64,000 bases of DNA. Origin: Dehalococcoidia bacterium. GTDB lineage: Bacteria > Chloroflexota > Dehalococcoidia > Lucifugimonadales > CATOSD01. The position numbers and the translations under genes were made by a program. This document shows positions 34,728 through 44,200 of this stretch, piece by piece. Location: contig CBDHFB010000016.1 of NCBI GenBank assembly GCA_965262385.1, positions 2,011,381 to 2,075,380 on the forward strand. The letters run 5' to 3'. The notes beneath the pieces were generated by a model that saw nothing but the letters and a program-made list of their open reading frames with translations, did not search any database and was not told the origin of the DNA. Every line of letters begins with the position of its first letter. The stretch's first letter is position 1.

Positions 34728-36058
34728 CTTACAGGGGTAGGCAAAGCACAAAACCAGTATAAGAACTTGGAAAACGCATGGGGTTCTGGCATCTTTTTGT
34801 TAGCACACAGAAAGGTTGCCAGATACACCCATGCGCTTCCCATCAGAATGTTACCAGATGCAGCGGACTTTGGAATACTACATGCCGCACCTCAGAGAGT
34901 CTCAGCTGAGAGGGCTGGTGCTGTGGGTGTACGGCACGATTCTGGCCGGCAGCGGCTGTCAGAACGCTGTCGCCACGGCGCTTTTGTTCTTGGGCAGCTT
35001 CAACAGCATCCGCCAGTACCTCAGGGAATGGCTGTATAACGGGCAAGACCGAGCCAACCCATGCCGAGTGCAGTTGGACGTGAGTGCGTGCTTCGTTCCT
35101 TTGTTGAAGTGGCTGCTCGACTTGTGGAAGTCGGACAGAATGGTGCTTGCCATAGACCCGACGATGAAGGGGGACCAGATAAACTCTATCGTGATAAGCG
35201 CAGTCTACCGAAGCTGCGCCATTCCCCTTGCCTGGAGCATCATGCCGGCCAACAGACCCGGCAAGTGGATGGACGTTGTGGTGGACATGCTCGAGGTACT
35301 GTCCGAATCGATGCCCAAGCAGATGACGGTGCTTGTAATGTGTGACCGGGGGCTGAGGAGCCCGAAACTGTGGGATCAGATACGCTCTGCGGGATGGCAC
35401 CCTTACATGCGGCAGTCTGTCAACACCGTGTTCTGCCCTGACGGGGGGACTCGGCTGCCAGCGCGGACACTCGTACCGGGTCCGGGTCACGCATACGTCG
35501 GGTATGGTACGGCTTTCAGGAGGCCGAGCATACGCCGCCGTGGAACGATGATCGTGGTCTGGGATAGAGACCAGGACGAGCCATGGGTGGTAATGACCGA
35601 TCTGCTGCCCGAAGAAGCCGGAGTGTGTTGGTACACGCTTCGCTTCTGGATAGAACTGGGCTTCAGGATGCTCAAGGGCGTCGGATGGCAGTGGCAGAAC
35701 ACACGAAGGACCGACCCCGAACGGGTGTCGCGGCACTGGCTCACTTTGTCTGTTGCGACCATCTGGACGCTGGCGTATGGGACCAGAGTAGAGGACGCCA
35801 TCGACCTGGGTGTAGCCCCCGGTCGCCTCAGAGCGCCGCCGAAATCTCTTGCGTCCAATCATCGAAGCGCAACAAGCAGGCCGAGACGAATCGTAAGCGT
35901 GCTGCGGCTGGGCGCAAACTGGCTGAGACGGCTGCTGCACAAGGCCAGACTCTGGCGCAGAGTCTGGCTGCTTCCCGAACCATGGCCAGAACCGCCGCCA
36001 GACATGAAGATCATCTGTCAGCTTGGAACCTGAAACACCAAATGCCTACCCCTGTCAG
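34728..36058 (+). mobile_element. IS4-family insertion sequence, complete
   Basis: IRs CTTACAGGGGTAGGCA (34728-34743) and TGCCTACCCCTGTCAG (36043-36058). An 11-bp direct repeat CCCGTCGAGGG lies at 34717-34727 and 36059-36069. Confidence 0.9.
34816..36033 (+). CDS. IS4-family DDE transposase
   Basis: D (LAIDPT), D (VMCDRG) and the YxxRxxIExxF-K signature (YTLRFWIELGFRMLK). An ATG at 34831 is also possible. Confidence 0.85.
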   Translation: MPDTPMRFPSECYQMQRTLEYYMPHLRESQLRGLVLWVYGTILAGSGCQNAVATALLFLGSFNSIRQYLREWLYNGQDRANPCRVQLDVSACFVPLLKWLLDLWKSDRMVLAIDPTMKGDQINSIVISAVYRSCAIPLAWSIMPANRPGKWMDVVVDMLEVLSESMPKQMTVLVMCDRGLRSPKLWDQIRSAGWHPYMRQSVNTVFCPDGGTRLPARTLVPGPGHAYVGYGTAFRRPSIRRRGTMIVVWDRDQDEPWVVMTDLLPEEAGVCWYTLRFWIELGFRMLKGVGWQWQNTRRTDPERVSRHWLTLSVATIWTLAYGTRVEDAIDLGVAPGRLRAPPKSLASNHRSATSRPRRIVSVLRLGANWLRRLLHKARLWRRVWLLPEPWPEPPPDMKIICQLGT

Positions 36059-36086
36059 CCCGTCGAGGGGGAAGGGATTTGAGAGC

Positions 36087-36111
36087 GGGCGGGTTTGAAA
36101 CCCGCCCCTAC
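36087..36111 (+). repeat. REP-A element
   Basis: GGGCGGGTTTGAAACCCGCCCCTAC. Confidence 0.9.
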
Positions 36112-36141
36112 GAATTAGGGCGGCGGCTCTCGACGTCGCCG

Positions 36142-37542
36142 CTAGGCGGGGTCGGCTACGTTGAAGTCGTAGCCGTCGGGAAGCACGAAGCCGGGGTCGC
36201 TGTCCAGCAGACGGCGCCAGGCGCGGCGGCCAACGAGGTCGGCCTCGCGCACTATGGCATCCTCGTCCATCGTCAGCACCTTGCCGTCACGCATCAGCCA
36301 GCGCCCGTCGACCATCACCGCATCCACGTCCCGGCCCTGCCCCTGGTGCACGAACGTGGACACCACGCGGATGGTGGGCACAAGGTGTGCGCGGCGAGTG
36401 TCGACCAGAATCAGGTCGGCCTTGTTGCCCACGCGCAGCGAGCCGCCGTCCGGGATGCCCAGGGCGCGGTAGCCGTTCGCGGTGGCCCACTGGAACGCCT
36501 CTTCGGGGGAGGGCAGCCGGCCGTCGGAGCGGCGGACCCGTTCCATGAACATGCCGGTGCGCAAGACTTCCACCATGTCCTCGGCCATGTTGTCGGTGCC
36601 CATGCCGATGCCGCATCCGGCCGCCTCGAGGTCGGCCACGTGTGGGCTCAGCCCGCGCCGCGCGGCCATTGCGGAGTTGAAGGACACCCACGCGCCGGAC
36701 TCGCCGAGGATGCGCTCCTCCTGGGGCGCCATGCAGCGGCAGTGGGCGGCAACGAGCCTGTCGTTGAGGTAGCCCAACTGCGCCAGGAACTCGGTCGGCA
36801 GCGCGCCTCCCCGGTTGGCCTTGACGTTATCGACCTCGCCCCAGAGCTGGTTCAGGTGGATAGTCGCCACGGCGTCGAGGCTGTCCTGCAGCTCGCGCAG
36901 CCGCACCAGCAGCTCGGGTGAGCACATGTCGGGCGCCCAGGCGGCCACGCCGACGTTGACGCGGCCTCCTTCTGTGCCGTGCCACTTGGAGTGAAGGTCG
37001 GAAATGCTCTGCAGGCCGTGCTCGGCGAGCTCCTGGTCGACCACGAACGGGCCCGGCTCGCCGATGTCGCCGTGGGCGCGGTCGGACGCCTGCTCGGCCA
37101 GCACGAACCGCAGGCCGCTGTCCACAATCTCGCGGGCGTACACGTCGATGTTGGCGGCCACTTCCATGACGGCGGTGGTGCCGCAGCGCAGCGCCTCCAG
37201 CGCGCCGAGCCGCGCGAGCACGGTGAGCTCTTCGGAGCTGAGCGGGAGCCTGCGGGGAAACCTGACCGGCGACGGGTAGGACGCCTGCTCGGGAAAGGAG
37301 TTGTTCTCGGTTATGCCGCGATTCTGGGTGAGCGTGAAGTGGGTGTGGCAGTTGGCGAAGCCGGGCATGACCGCCTTGCCGCGCCCGGACACGCGCTCAG
37401 CGTTCGGGAAGCGGGCCAGCACGTCCGCGGTCGGCCCAATGGCCACGATGGCGTTGCCGTCCACGGCGATTGCCGCGCCGTGGTAGACGGGGGAGTTCTC
37501 TTCGCCGGTTACGACTGTGGTGTCGTGGATTACGGTGGTCAT
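36142..37542 (-). CDS. Amidohydrolase-superfamily protein (chlorohydrolase/aminohydrolase-like)
   Basis: PGFANCHTH metal-binding motif and a TIM-barrel hydrolase layout. Start taken at MTTVIHD. Confidence 0.8.
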   Translation of the reverse strand: MTTVIHDTTVVTGEENSPVYHGAAIAVDGNAIVAIGPTADVLARFPNAERVSGRGKAVMPGFANCHTHFTLTQNRGITENNSFPEQASYPSPVRFPRRLPLSSEELTVLARLGALEALRCGTTAVMEVAANIDVYAREIVDSGLRFVLAEQASDRAHGDIGEPGPFVVDQELAEHGLQSISDLHSKWHGTEGGRVNVGVAAWAPDMCSPELLVRLRELQDSLDAVATIHLNQLWGEVDNVKANRGGALPTEFLAQLGYLNDRLVAAHCRCMAPQEERILGESGAWVSFNSAMAARRGLSPHVADLEAAGCGIGMGTDNMAEDMVEVLRTGMFMERVRRSDGRLPSPEEAFQWATANGYRALGIPDGGSLRVGNKADLILVDTRRAHLVPTIRVVSTFVHQGQGRDVDAVMVDGRWLMRDGKVLTMDEDAIVREADLVGRRAWRRLLDSDPGFVLPDGYDFNVADPA

Positions 37543-37578
37543 GCTGGGTTTCACCCCCATCCCTGTATCGAGTACGGC

Positions 37579-37941
37579 TCAGGCGTCCAGGAGGCGCTCC
37601 AGTTTGTCTACGAAGTGCTCAACGTCGGTCAGGTATTCCGCGACCAGGTCGGCGTTGAAGGTGTTCTCGTAGAAGTTGACGTGAAGGTAGTGGGCGCTGC
37701 CAAAGAGCCGGTGTACGCCCAAGTCTCCGACCTCTTCGGTCAGGTCCGTGACGCTTGTCAAAAGGTGCCTATGTGCCGTGTGGGGCCAACCTCGGGCCTG
37801 AGCGGCGGCCTTGACCATCTGCGCGGCCGCGCCCCAGCCCTTCTCCGACGCCTGGCGAAGGTCGCCGGCGTCCAGTTCGGCGCGCGCCTGGGCCAGGAAC
37901 CGGCGGCCGGCCTCACGGTAGGTGACGACGAGTGTAGTCAA
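37579..37941 (-). CDS. PaREP1-like (HEPN-superfamily) protein
   Basis: ASEKGWGAAAQMVKAAAQARGW.HTAHRHL...LHVNFYE pattern recalled from the PaREP1 family. Confidence 0.55.
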   Translation of the reverse strand: MTTLVVTYREAGRRFLAQARAELDAGDLRQASEKGWGAAAQMVKAAAQARGWPHTAHRHLLTSVTDLTEEVGDLGVHRLFGSAHYLHVNFYENTFNADLVAEYLTDVEHFVDKLERLLDA

Positions 37942-38021
37942 GAGAGATCCTCCGTGGGCGTCATTGTACCATAGCGGGTGAATGCCGCCGGCTTGGCCTC
38001 CGTCCCTTCGGTACCCCCATC

Positions 38022-38108
38022 CCCGTATCGAGTACGGGGCAGGCTCTAACCTTCCCCCTGCGAGGGGGAAGGGATTCTTGGTGCTTCCACATCAGGGGGA
38101 AAGGGACT
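38022..38108 (+). repeat. REP-B element plus an extra GGGGGAA(A)GGGA tail
   Basis: CCCCGTATCGAGTACGGGGCAGGCTCTAACCTTCCCCCTGCGAGGGGGAAGGGA... Confidence 0.85.
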
Positions 38109-38921
38109 CTAGGCCTCTTCCTCTTCCAGCGCTGTCCTGGCCGCTTTGGCTATGTGCTCGAACTCGCGCAGCACGGCCTTGCTGGACAACACGGTCGGCC
38201 TGGAGGTGTCGCGGTAGTCGGCGCGGAGCTCAACGCGGCCCAGGAAGCGCAGGTCCATCTCCTCGGCCAGCTCCTCGCCTGCGCCCGAGCCGAAAATCTC
38301 GCCCGAGAAGTTCTCGACCACGCCGAGCACGTTCACCTTGAGCGTGCGGATCATGTTGATCGAGCGCATGGCGTCTATCTTGGCCAACTCCTGGGGCGTG
38401 GTGACCACGATGAAGCCGTCCATGTCGAGGGTCTGCATAACCGTAAGCGGCGCGTCGGACGTGCCGGGGGGCAGGTCGATGATGAGGTAGTCTAGTTCGC
38501 CCCAGTCTGTGCTCTGGAGGAACTGGTTGATGGCGTTGTGGACCATGGGGCCGCGCCAGATGATGGCCTCCTCTTCCTTCTGTTGGAAGAAGCCCATGGA
38601 CATCACCTTGACGTTGAAGCGCTCGGAGGGGATCATGCGCTTGTCTTCGCCCACCTCGGGGGGATCGTAGATCTTCATGGCGCGGACCACGTTGGGGCAG
38701 TCGATGTCCACGTCCAGCAGGCCCACGGCGGCGCCTTGCTGCGCGAGCGTGACGGCGAGGTTGACGGCGATGGTCGTCTTGCCGACGCCGCCCTTGCCGC
38801 TGTAGACGCCAACCTTGTACTTGATCTGCGACAGGGCGTTGGCGATTGCGCGCCGCTGATCGAACTGGCGCTTCATCGCCTCGATGCGAGCGCGCGCCTG
38901 GGCGGCCTGTGGCTGGTTCAT
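38109..38921 (-). CDS. apbC: Mrp/NBP35-family Fe-S cluster carrier ATPase
   Basis: GKGGVGKTT deviant Walker A, and the ..DLPPGTSD.. block. Confidence 0.85.
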   Translation of the reverse strand: MNQPQAAQARARIEAMKRQFDQRRAIANALSQIKYKVGVYSGKGGVGKTTIAVNLAVTLAQQGAAVGLLDVDIDCPNVVRAMKIYDPPEVGEDKRMIPSERFNVKVMSMGFFQQKEEEAIIWRGPMVHNAINQFLQSTDWGELDYLIIDLPPGTSDAPLTVMQTLDMDGFIVVTTPQELAKIDAMRSINMIRTLKVNVLGVVENFSGEIFGSGAGEELAEEMDLRFLGRVELRADYRDTSRPTVLSSKAVLREFEHIAKAARTALEEEEA

Positions 38922-38959
38922 CGGCTGGGTTCTCCTAACTTGGGGCGGTTGTTCGCCGT

Positions 38960-39064
38960 TGGCCTCCTCACCCTGGGTGGGAGAGGATTAGATCCTGCCC
39001 CGTAATCAATACGGGGGTGGGGGTGGATCCGGCACCGGCGGACGGGTTTGAAACCCGCCCCTAC
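38960..39064. repeat. Inverted, diverged REP-B copy (38960-39030) followed by REP-A (39040-39064)
   Basis: The revcomp reads CCCCGTATTGATTACGGGGCAGGATCTAATCC...; then GACGGGTTTGAAACCCGCCCCTAC. Confidence 0.7.
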
Positions 39065-39159
39065 GCCGGCGTCGTCCATGGCGCTTTGTTGCGCGCGCTG
39101 CTACGGGTGGTAGCGCGCCAGGCCATTGCGGGGATGCGATTGCTTGATTTGGGGGGGCG

Positions 39160-39474
39160 CTAGTCGAGCCCCAGCATCTTCTTACCGTCTTCGGTGATCA
39201 TGTCGGGCGTCCAGGGCGGGTCGTAGACCAGCTCCACGTTGACGTCCTCCACGCCGTCGAGCTCGGCTATGCGCCACTCGGCCTGCTGGCCGATGTAGGG
39301 GCCCATGCCGCAGCCGGCGAACGTAAGCGTCATCCTCACCTCGACGTCGCCATCATCGACCTTCACGCCGTACACCAGGCCGAGGTCGACCACGTTCACG
39401 GGGATTTCGGGGTCGTAAACGTCCTTGAGGGCGTCGTAGACCTGTTCGCGGGTGATGTAAGTTTGCTGTGTCAC
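39160..39474 (-). CDS. DUF59 (SufT/PaaD-like) Fe-S assembly protein
   Basis: VYDPEIPVNVVDLGLVY...TFAGCGMGPYI. The GTG at 39474 follows AGGAG. Confidence 0.8.
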   Translation of the reverse strand: MTQQTYITREQVYDALKDVYDPEIPVNVVDLGLVYGVKVDDGDVEVRMTLTFAGCGMGPYIGQQAEWRIAELDGVEDVNVELVYDPPWTPDMITEDGKKMLGLD

Positions 39475-39696
39475 TGCGGTACTCCTATGCCCGGATTTGG
39501 GCGCACGCCGCCCTTGTGGTGTTGTTCCCAATTCTAGCGTCGGCAGGTGCGCGTGTCAATTTGCCAGCCGGACACTTCTGCCACAACGTAGTAGCATCTT
39601 GCGCCAAATTGCCAATCCGCAGTTGGTGCACAATAACAAGACTGGGCATCTCCACCATCCACTGCGAGCCTGCCCCAGTTCAGCTGGCGGCACGGA

Positions 39697-39902
39697 GAGG
39701 GCCGGCCCGGGCAGGTGAGAGAAGGGCCGTAAGCCACCTGTGGGCGGGAAAACCGCGAAATCTGTCCCAATCTGTTCCATTCTGTCTCATTTCCTAGCTG
39801 GAAGCGCTACCGAAAAGAGATGGAATGAAACGCTGGCAAGACGGATTTGTACGCACAAGTTACATTATGTGACAGGAATGAGACAGGTCGCCGGAGGTCC
39901 CA
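39697..39902. other. About 206-nt conserved non-coding element, copy 2
   Basis: Collinear with 9885-10091. Direct 10-bp units TCTGTCCCAA/TCTGTTCCAT/TCTGTCTCAT (39761-39790); inverted units at 39867-39887. Confidence 0.6.
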
Positions 39903-40290
39903 ATCGCGCCATCCGCGGCCGCCGGTTGGCGGGGTCGGTCCCTCGTCAAAGGGATAATAGCACGGATGTGCTCAGGGTTCAAGAGGATTCGCAAATACCC
40001 AAGTGTCTACTCCTGTCAACCATCGACAGGGGAGGGTCAAGGTGAGGTTGAAGCCCGATGCTGTTCCGCATTGGGACGTTTTTGCTGTGGCCAACCATAT
40101 TGGCTGGCATCATCGCGCTGTGCGTAGTTGTCGGCAAGTTCATGATTGAGGGGGGCAGGGCACCGGACATCATCATCATAGGGATGGAACCAAACTTCTA
40201 CGTGACGCAGTCGCCAATTGTACTTGCGTCTGCCGACGAGGTTGATTGCGCCCTAACAGGTTGCTGAAGAAAGGGTCTTGCTGGTTGGAC

Positions 40291-40548
40291 TTAGCTGACC
40301 GAGTAAGCAGTAGCCACGTATTGGTGAGACCGAAGTGAGATTTGGTGCTCCGGCGACAGACGCTCCAAGGCCTCGTCGGCAATGATCTTGATGGTGCGGA
40401 TGGGATGGTCTTGTGGGATTCGCTCGTCCAAGTCTACGAAAGCCAGCATCGTTGCCTGTGGGTCGCGTCTTCCTCGCATGATACGACCACCTCCTTTACG
40501 GTGTGGTTGTATCCTATCTCACAATATCGCTTTTCCGCAGCCTGCTAG
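40291..40548 (-). mobile_element. 5' remnant of an IS1182/IS5-type element (terminal repeat plus first ~44 transposase codons)
   Basis: MRGRRDPQATMLAFVDLDERIPQDHPIRTIKIIADEALERLSPE (InsH N-terminal-domain type). The end sequence TTCCGCAGCCTGCTAG at 40533-40548 matches the ends of the mini-element at 43030-43219. Confidence 0.65.
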
Positions 40549-40859
40549 GTTAGAATTCTACCCCTGCTCGTTCATGTGTGCGGCCCCCTGCGCCTTTCAG
40601 CCCGGACCGGGTGGGGGCGGCGCATCTCAGTGTCTATGTGTGTAGGCCTCTTGTCACAATGCGGAGAAGGCTGATACATTTCTGATGAACCAAGATCATA
40701 TCGATAATCTTGAGAGCCTCATTCTGTCATATTGGGCTAGGTTGATATCTTGGGACGTCGGATGCTCAGGATCAAGCTCGTCGAAGCCGGTTCACCTGGG
40801 CTGGTAGTAGCGGCAGGCGGAGTTGGACTCAGGGCAGATTCCTATAAGGAGAAAGTGTG

Positions 40860-42776
40860 ATGACAACAGAATTGCCGCCGGGGCAGAACGAAATAACATT
40901 TCAGCAGTTCTGCGAAGAGTGGCTGCGAGAGTTCACGGAAGAGGAAATGTCCCCCTTCGAGAAGGGATGGCGCTTCGCCTTCAAGATGGTCACTCAATGG
41001 CTGGACGTAAACGAAGACGATGAAGACGTAGTGATATGCGATGGCTCCGGTGATGGAGGCATTGACATTGCCTATCTGCGCCGATCCGATGTCGATGCTG
41101 TTGATGATAACGCGCAGGCCGGCCAATCCGTCGACGGCGACATCTGGTATCTGTTTCAGAGCAAATACGGGTCTGCCTTTCAGGGACGGGAAACGATCTT
41201 GACCGAAGGCCAGAAGGTTATCACCACCCTCACTGGCGGAAACAACCGCCTATCCGAAGCGGCACGCCAACTCTTGGGGCGGTTGGATACCTTTAGGCAG
41301 CAGGCATCAGAAAGAGATCGGATTATTTTGGTGTTTGCTACCGAGCGCGCAATGTCGGAGTCTGACCGGCAAGTATTGGATGATCTACGCGTTTTGGGGA
41401 AAGAACGTGTCGGCGGGTTGTTCGATGTAGAGGACGTGTCGCTGAACACTATCTGGGAGACCCGACCCACAGCGACCCAGCCTGTCCTTTCTTTGTCCAT
41501 TAAAGGAAATTTTGTAGATCCCAGTTCTGGTCTGCGGGTTGGCACTGTTCCCTTGACCGACTTGTATGCCTTTCTGAAATCGTACCGAGCAAAAACAGGA
41601 AACTTAGATCAACTATACGAGAAGAACGTCCGTCAATTCTTAGGCGGCCGCAGGAAGATTAATCGTGGGATTGCCCAAACCCTTCAGAATAACCCGGAGA
41701 TCTTTGGCCTCTATAATAATGGTATCACCATTGTGGTCTCCGATTTCTCAACTGATAGAACCGATGACTCCTGCACACTGTTTGACCCCTACGTCGTGAA
41801 CGGATGCCAAACTACTAAGACCGTCTGGGAAGTACTGAGCCAACGTCTGGAAGCCGGCGGCACTGGAAACAGCACAGCAACAAGTGAATGGCGCGCTCGT
41901 GCCGAACGAGGTGTCGTAGTAACCAAGATTGTCAAGGGAGACAATGCACGCATCACCGACATCACTCGATACACCAATTCCCAGACAGCCGTGCGCGAGC
42001 AAGACTTTCTCGCGCTACGCGGTGACTTCAGGGACTGGGCCAGTGGTATGGCTGATCGCTATGGCATTTTCTTAGAAATACAACGGGGTGGATGGGATTC
42101 ACAACGCGCATACCAAAAGTCTCATCCAAGCTCAAGACAGTTCATCGAGCACGCCAACGCCTTTGACTTGATAAAGGTCTATGGGGCTGGTTGGCTTCGT
42201 GAACCTGGCCACGCCTTCGGCAGGAGTGCGCCGTTCCTCCCCAACGGTTCAGTCTTCCGTCGTCTAACTGAGGCTGAACCGATCGATGCAGAAGACCTAT
42301 ACGCAGCATACCAACTGCAAGAGATGGCGAAACAATTCAACTTTGGACGAGGAGCGTCAGTAAAGGTAAGTCGACGTCAGACTAGATTTCTCTACTATTT
42401 CGTAGTTATTGAGTTGTTGCGAGACGTGCTAATCAGGGGAAGTCATCAAACATCGGCCAAAGGAATAACTAAGGCTTTTTACGCCCTGCTTCGAGATACT
42501 ACCCAAGATGTCCTCCAATTGGTACTTGATGCTGCCATCGAGGTAGTTGACGACTACTTGAGACAGGACTCCGACGATTCGGTGTTCAAAGAACAAGAAT
42601 TCGAGGGCGATCTGAATTCCTGGTTCAAATCAGAAAGTGTTGGGAAGGGTGGGGAAAGAACCTACCGACTGAATAGCCTGCTTACGATTCACAAAACTAT
42701 ATTTGGCAGAAGTGCTGGGTCTCAGCCATCGCCGCGGCTTTTGGTTAACCAAGCGATAACTAACGCGCACGCCTAA
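40860..42776 (+). CDS. AIPR-family abortive-infection protein
   Basis: ICDGSGDGGIDIAY...LFQSKY..., NVRQFLGGR..INRGI..TL, LYNNGITIV and VVNGCQTT blocks characteristic of AIPR (PF10592). ATG at 40860 follows AAGGAGA. Confidence 0.8.
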   Translation: MTTELPPGQNEITFQQFCEEWLREFTEEEMSPFEKGWRFAFKMVTQWLDVNEDDEDVVICDGSGDGGIDIAYLRRSDVDAVDDNAQAGQSVDGDIWYLFQSKYGSAFQGRETILTEGQKVITTLTGGNNRLSEAARQLLGRLDTFRQQASERDRIILVFATERAMSESDRQVLDDLRVLGKERVGGLFDVEDVSLNTIWETRPTATQPVLSLSIKGNFVDPSSGLRVGTVPLTDLYAFLKSYRAKTGNLDQLYEKNVRQFLGGRRKINRGIAQTLQNNPEIFGLYNNGITIVVSDFSTDRTDDSCTLFDPYVVNGCQTTKTVWEVLSQRLEAGGTGNSTATSEWRARAERGVVVTKIVKGDNARITDITRYTNSQTAVREQDFLALRGDFRDWASGMADRYGIFLEIQRGGWDSQRAYQKSHPSSRQFIEHANAFDLIKVYGAGWLREPGHAFGRSAPFLPNGSVFRRLTEAEPIDAEDLYAAYQLQEMAKQFNFGRGASVKVSRRQTRFLYYFVVIELLRDVLIRGSHQTSAKGITKAFYALLRDTTQDVLQLVLDAAIEVVDDYLRQDSDDSVFKEQEFEGDLNSWFKSESVGKGGERTYRLNSLLTIHKTIFGRSAGSQPSPRLLVNQAITNAHA

Positions 42777-43029
42777 GCACCGACACATAGTCTCCGGGTC
42801 TGGAACAGGTTGTGGAAGCAAACCTGCTCTTGCAATCGGCCCGCCAGCGCTATGAGCTAGCCGCGCCCAGAAGGCAGCAAGCTTTGGCCTCACACATAGC
42901 CAACGTAGTATTTTGTTCAGTAACCTACAACTCCCCTCTACCGAGGGCAATCCCGCTAGCAGAGTGTTGGAAAACTCTTGGTAGCTGGTCTCATATAGCT
43001 GGCAGGGCTGGCGATTGACTTTCGAACGG

Positions 43030-43219
43030 CTTTAGCAGGCTGCGGAAAAACTCTGCTGTCTACACAGGGCCGAAAACTGTCCGACAATAAACGCCGTCCT
43101 ATCGTGTGTTCTGAACGAATTATTCGGAGTGGACTATCACTTGCCGAATGCCGCCGAGACAGTTGAGGCGCCACACACTGCGGCTGAGCGCCTTACCTTT
43201 CTTCCGCAGCCTGCTAAAG
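43030..43219. mobile_element. 190-bp MITE-like mini-element with perfect 18-bp terminal inverted repeats
   Basis: CTTTAGCAGGCTGCGGAA (43030-43047) and TTCCGCAGCCTGCTAAAG (43202-43219). No clear target duplication. Confidence 0.75.
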
Positions 43220-43291
43220 TAGATCGCGACGTTAGTATGCGATAGCACTGGGCCATCCAGCCACCCCGGCCTCGGACCGCGCCCACCACCA

Positions 43292-43316
43292 GCGCGGGTT
43301 TGAAATCCGCCCCTTC
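43292..43316 (+). repeat. REP-A element (diverged)
   Basis: GCGCGGGTTTGAAATCCGCCCCTTC. Confidence 0.7.
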
Positions 43317-43404
43317 AACTGCGGCAACCCGGCAATCTCTCCCCTGCCCCACCTCAAGAAGTGCCAGCTTGACGGCGGCGGCGCGCTCGCATACCATCTC
43401 TCCG

Positions 43405-44055
43405 ATGTTCCTCGACCTTCATTCGCACTCCACTTCGTCCGACGACTCGCGCGCTACGGTGGAGCAGTTCGTAAAGTGGGCGGGCGTGATCCGGCGCAAG
43501 GGCTACCGGATCGACGGCTTCGTCCTGACCGAACATCGCAAGTTCGACTTCGACAAGGACTACGCGCAGCTCGGACGCGACAACGACCTGCTCATCCTCA
43601 AAGGCTCCGAGCTCGACACCAACTGCGGCCACTTCCTGGTCTACGGCGTAACCGAGGAGCTGGCTTCCCGCGTCAACTTCGCCGACGTCTCGATGGACGC
43701 GCCGAGCCTGGTGGAGGCCGCCCTCGAGTGCGGCGGCATTGCCGTGCCCGCCCATCCGGGGCGATTCGGCATCGGGCTGTACGAGTTCATCGACGGCGGC
43801 TCCGACTTCAGCGCCATCAGCGTCGTCGAGCACCTCAACGGCAGCAACCGGCCCGGCGAGCAGGAGCGCGCCGAGGAGCTTATCGAGCGGATGGGCTACA
43901 GGACCATCGGCGGCAGCGACGCCCACTCCGTCAGCGCCATCGGCGCTTGCATGACCAGCTTCGAGAATCCAATCGCGGACGTGGCCGACCTTGTGAGCGA
44001 GCTGCGCGCCGGCGCATACCGTCCCGTCCGACTGGAAGAGACGGCTTCAACTTGA
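43405..44055 (+). CDS. PHP-domain metal-dependent phosphoesterase
   Basis: MFLDLHSHSTSSDD..., ...AHPGR..., GGSDAHS motifs. Confidence 0.8.
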   Translation: MFLDLHSHSTSSDDSRATVEQFVKWAGVIRRKGYRIDGFVLTEHRKFDFDKDYAQLGRDNDLLILKGSELDTNCGHFLVYGVTEELASRVNFADVSMDAPSLVEAALECGGIAVPAHPGRFGIGLYEFIDGGSDFSAISVVEHLNGSNRPGEQERAEELIERMGYRTIGGSDAHSVSAIGACMTSFENPIADVADLVSELRAGAYRPVRLEETAST

Positions 44056-44074
44056 GCGCCGTTTGCGCGCGCTA

Positions 44075-44175
44075 GATTCTTCGGCAAGCTCAGAATGACA
44101 GGGTGAGTTGACTCAGAATGACATTACGCGGCAAGCTCAGAATGACAAGGCGAGTTGAGCTCAGAATGACATCAA
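44075..44175 (+). repeat. REP-C cluster: four copies of CTCAGAATGACA with GGCAAG/GAGTTGA spacers
   Basis: ttcggcaagctcagaatgacagggtgagttgactcagaatgacattacgcggcaagctcagaatgacaaggcgagttgagctcagaatgaca. Confidence 0.85.
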
Positions 44176-44200
44176 CTCTGGACTGTTAACAGGAGACGAC

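Noticed and set aside
32498-37974. Shadow ORFs 32498-33577, 34843-35940, 36079-36921 and 36979-37974
   Set aside because: They are antisense to the aminotransferase, the IS4 transposase and the amidohydrolase respectively.
40058-40267. 69-aa hydrophobic ORF upstream of the IS stub
   Set aside because: It has no Shine-Dalgarno or recognisable motif, and it lies in the sequence where the IS stub loses homology. It is too weak to call.
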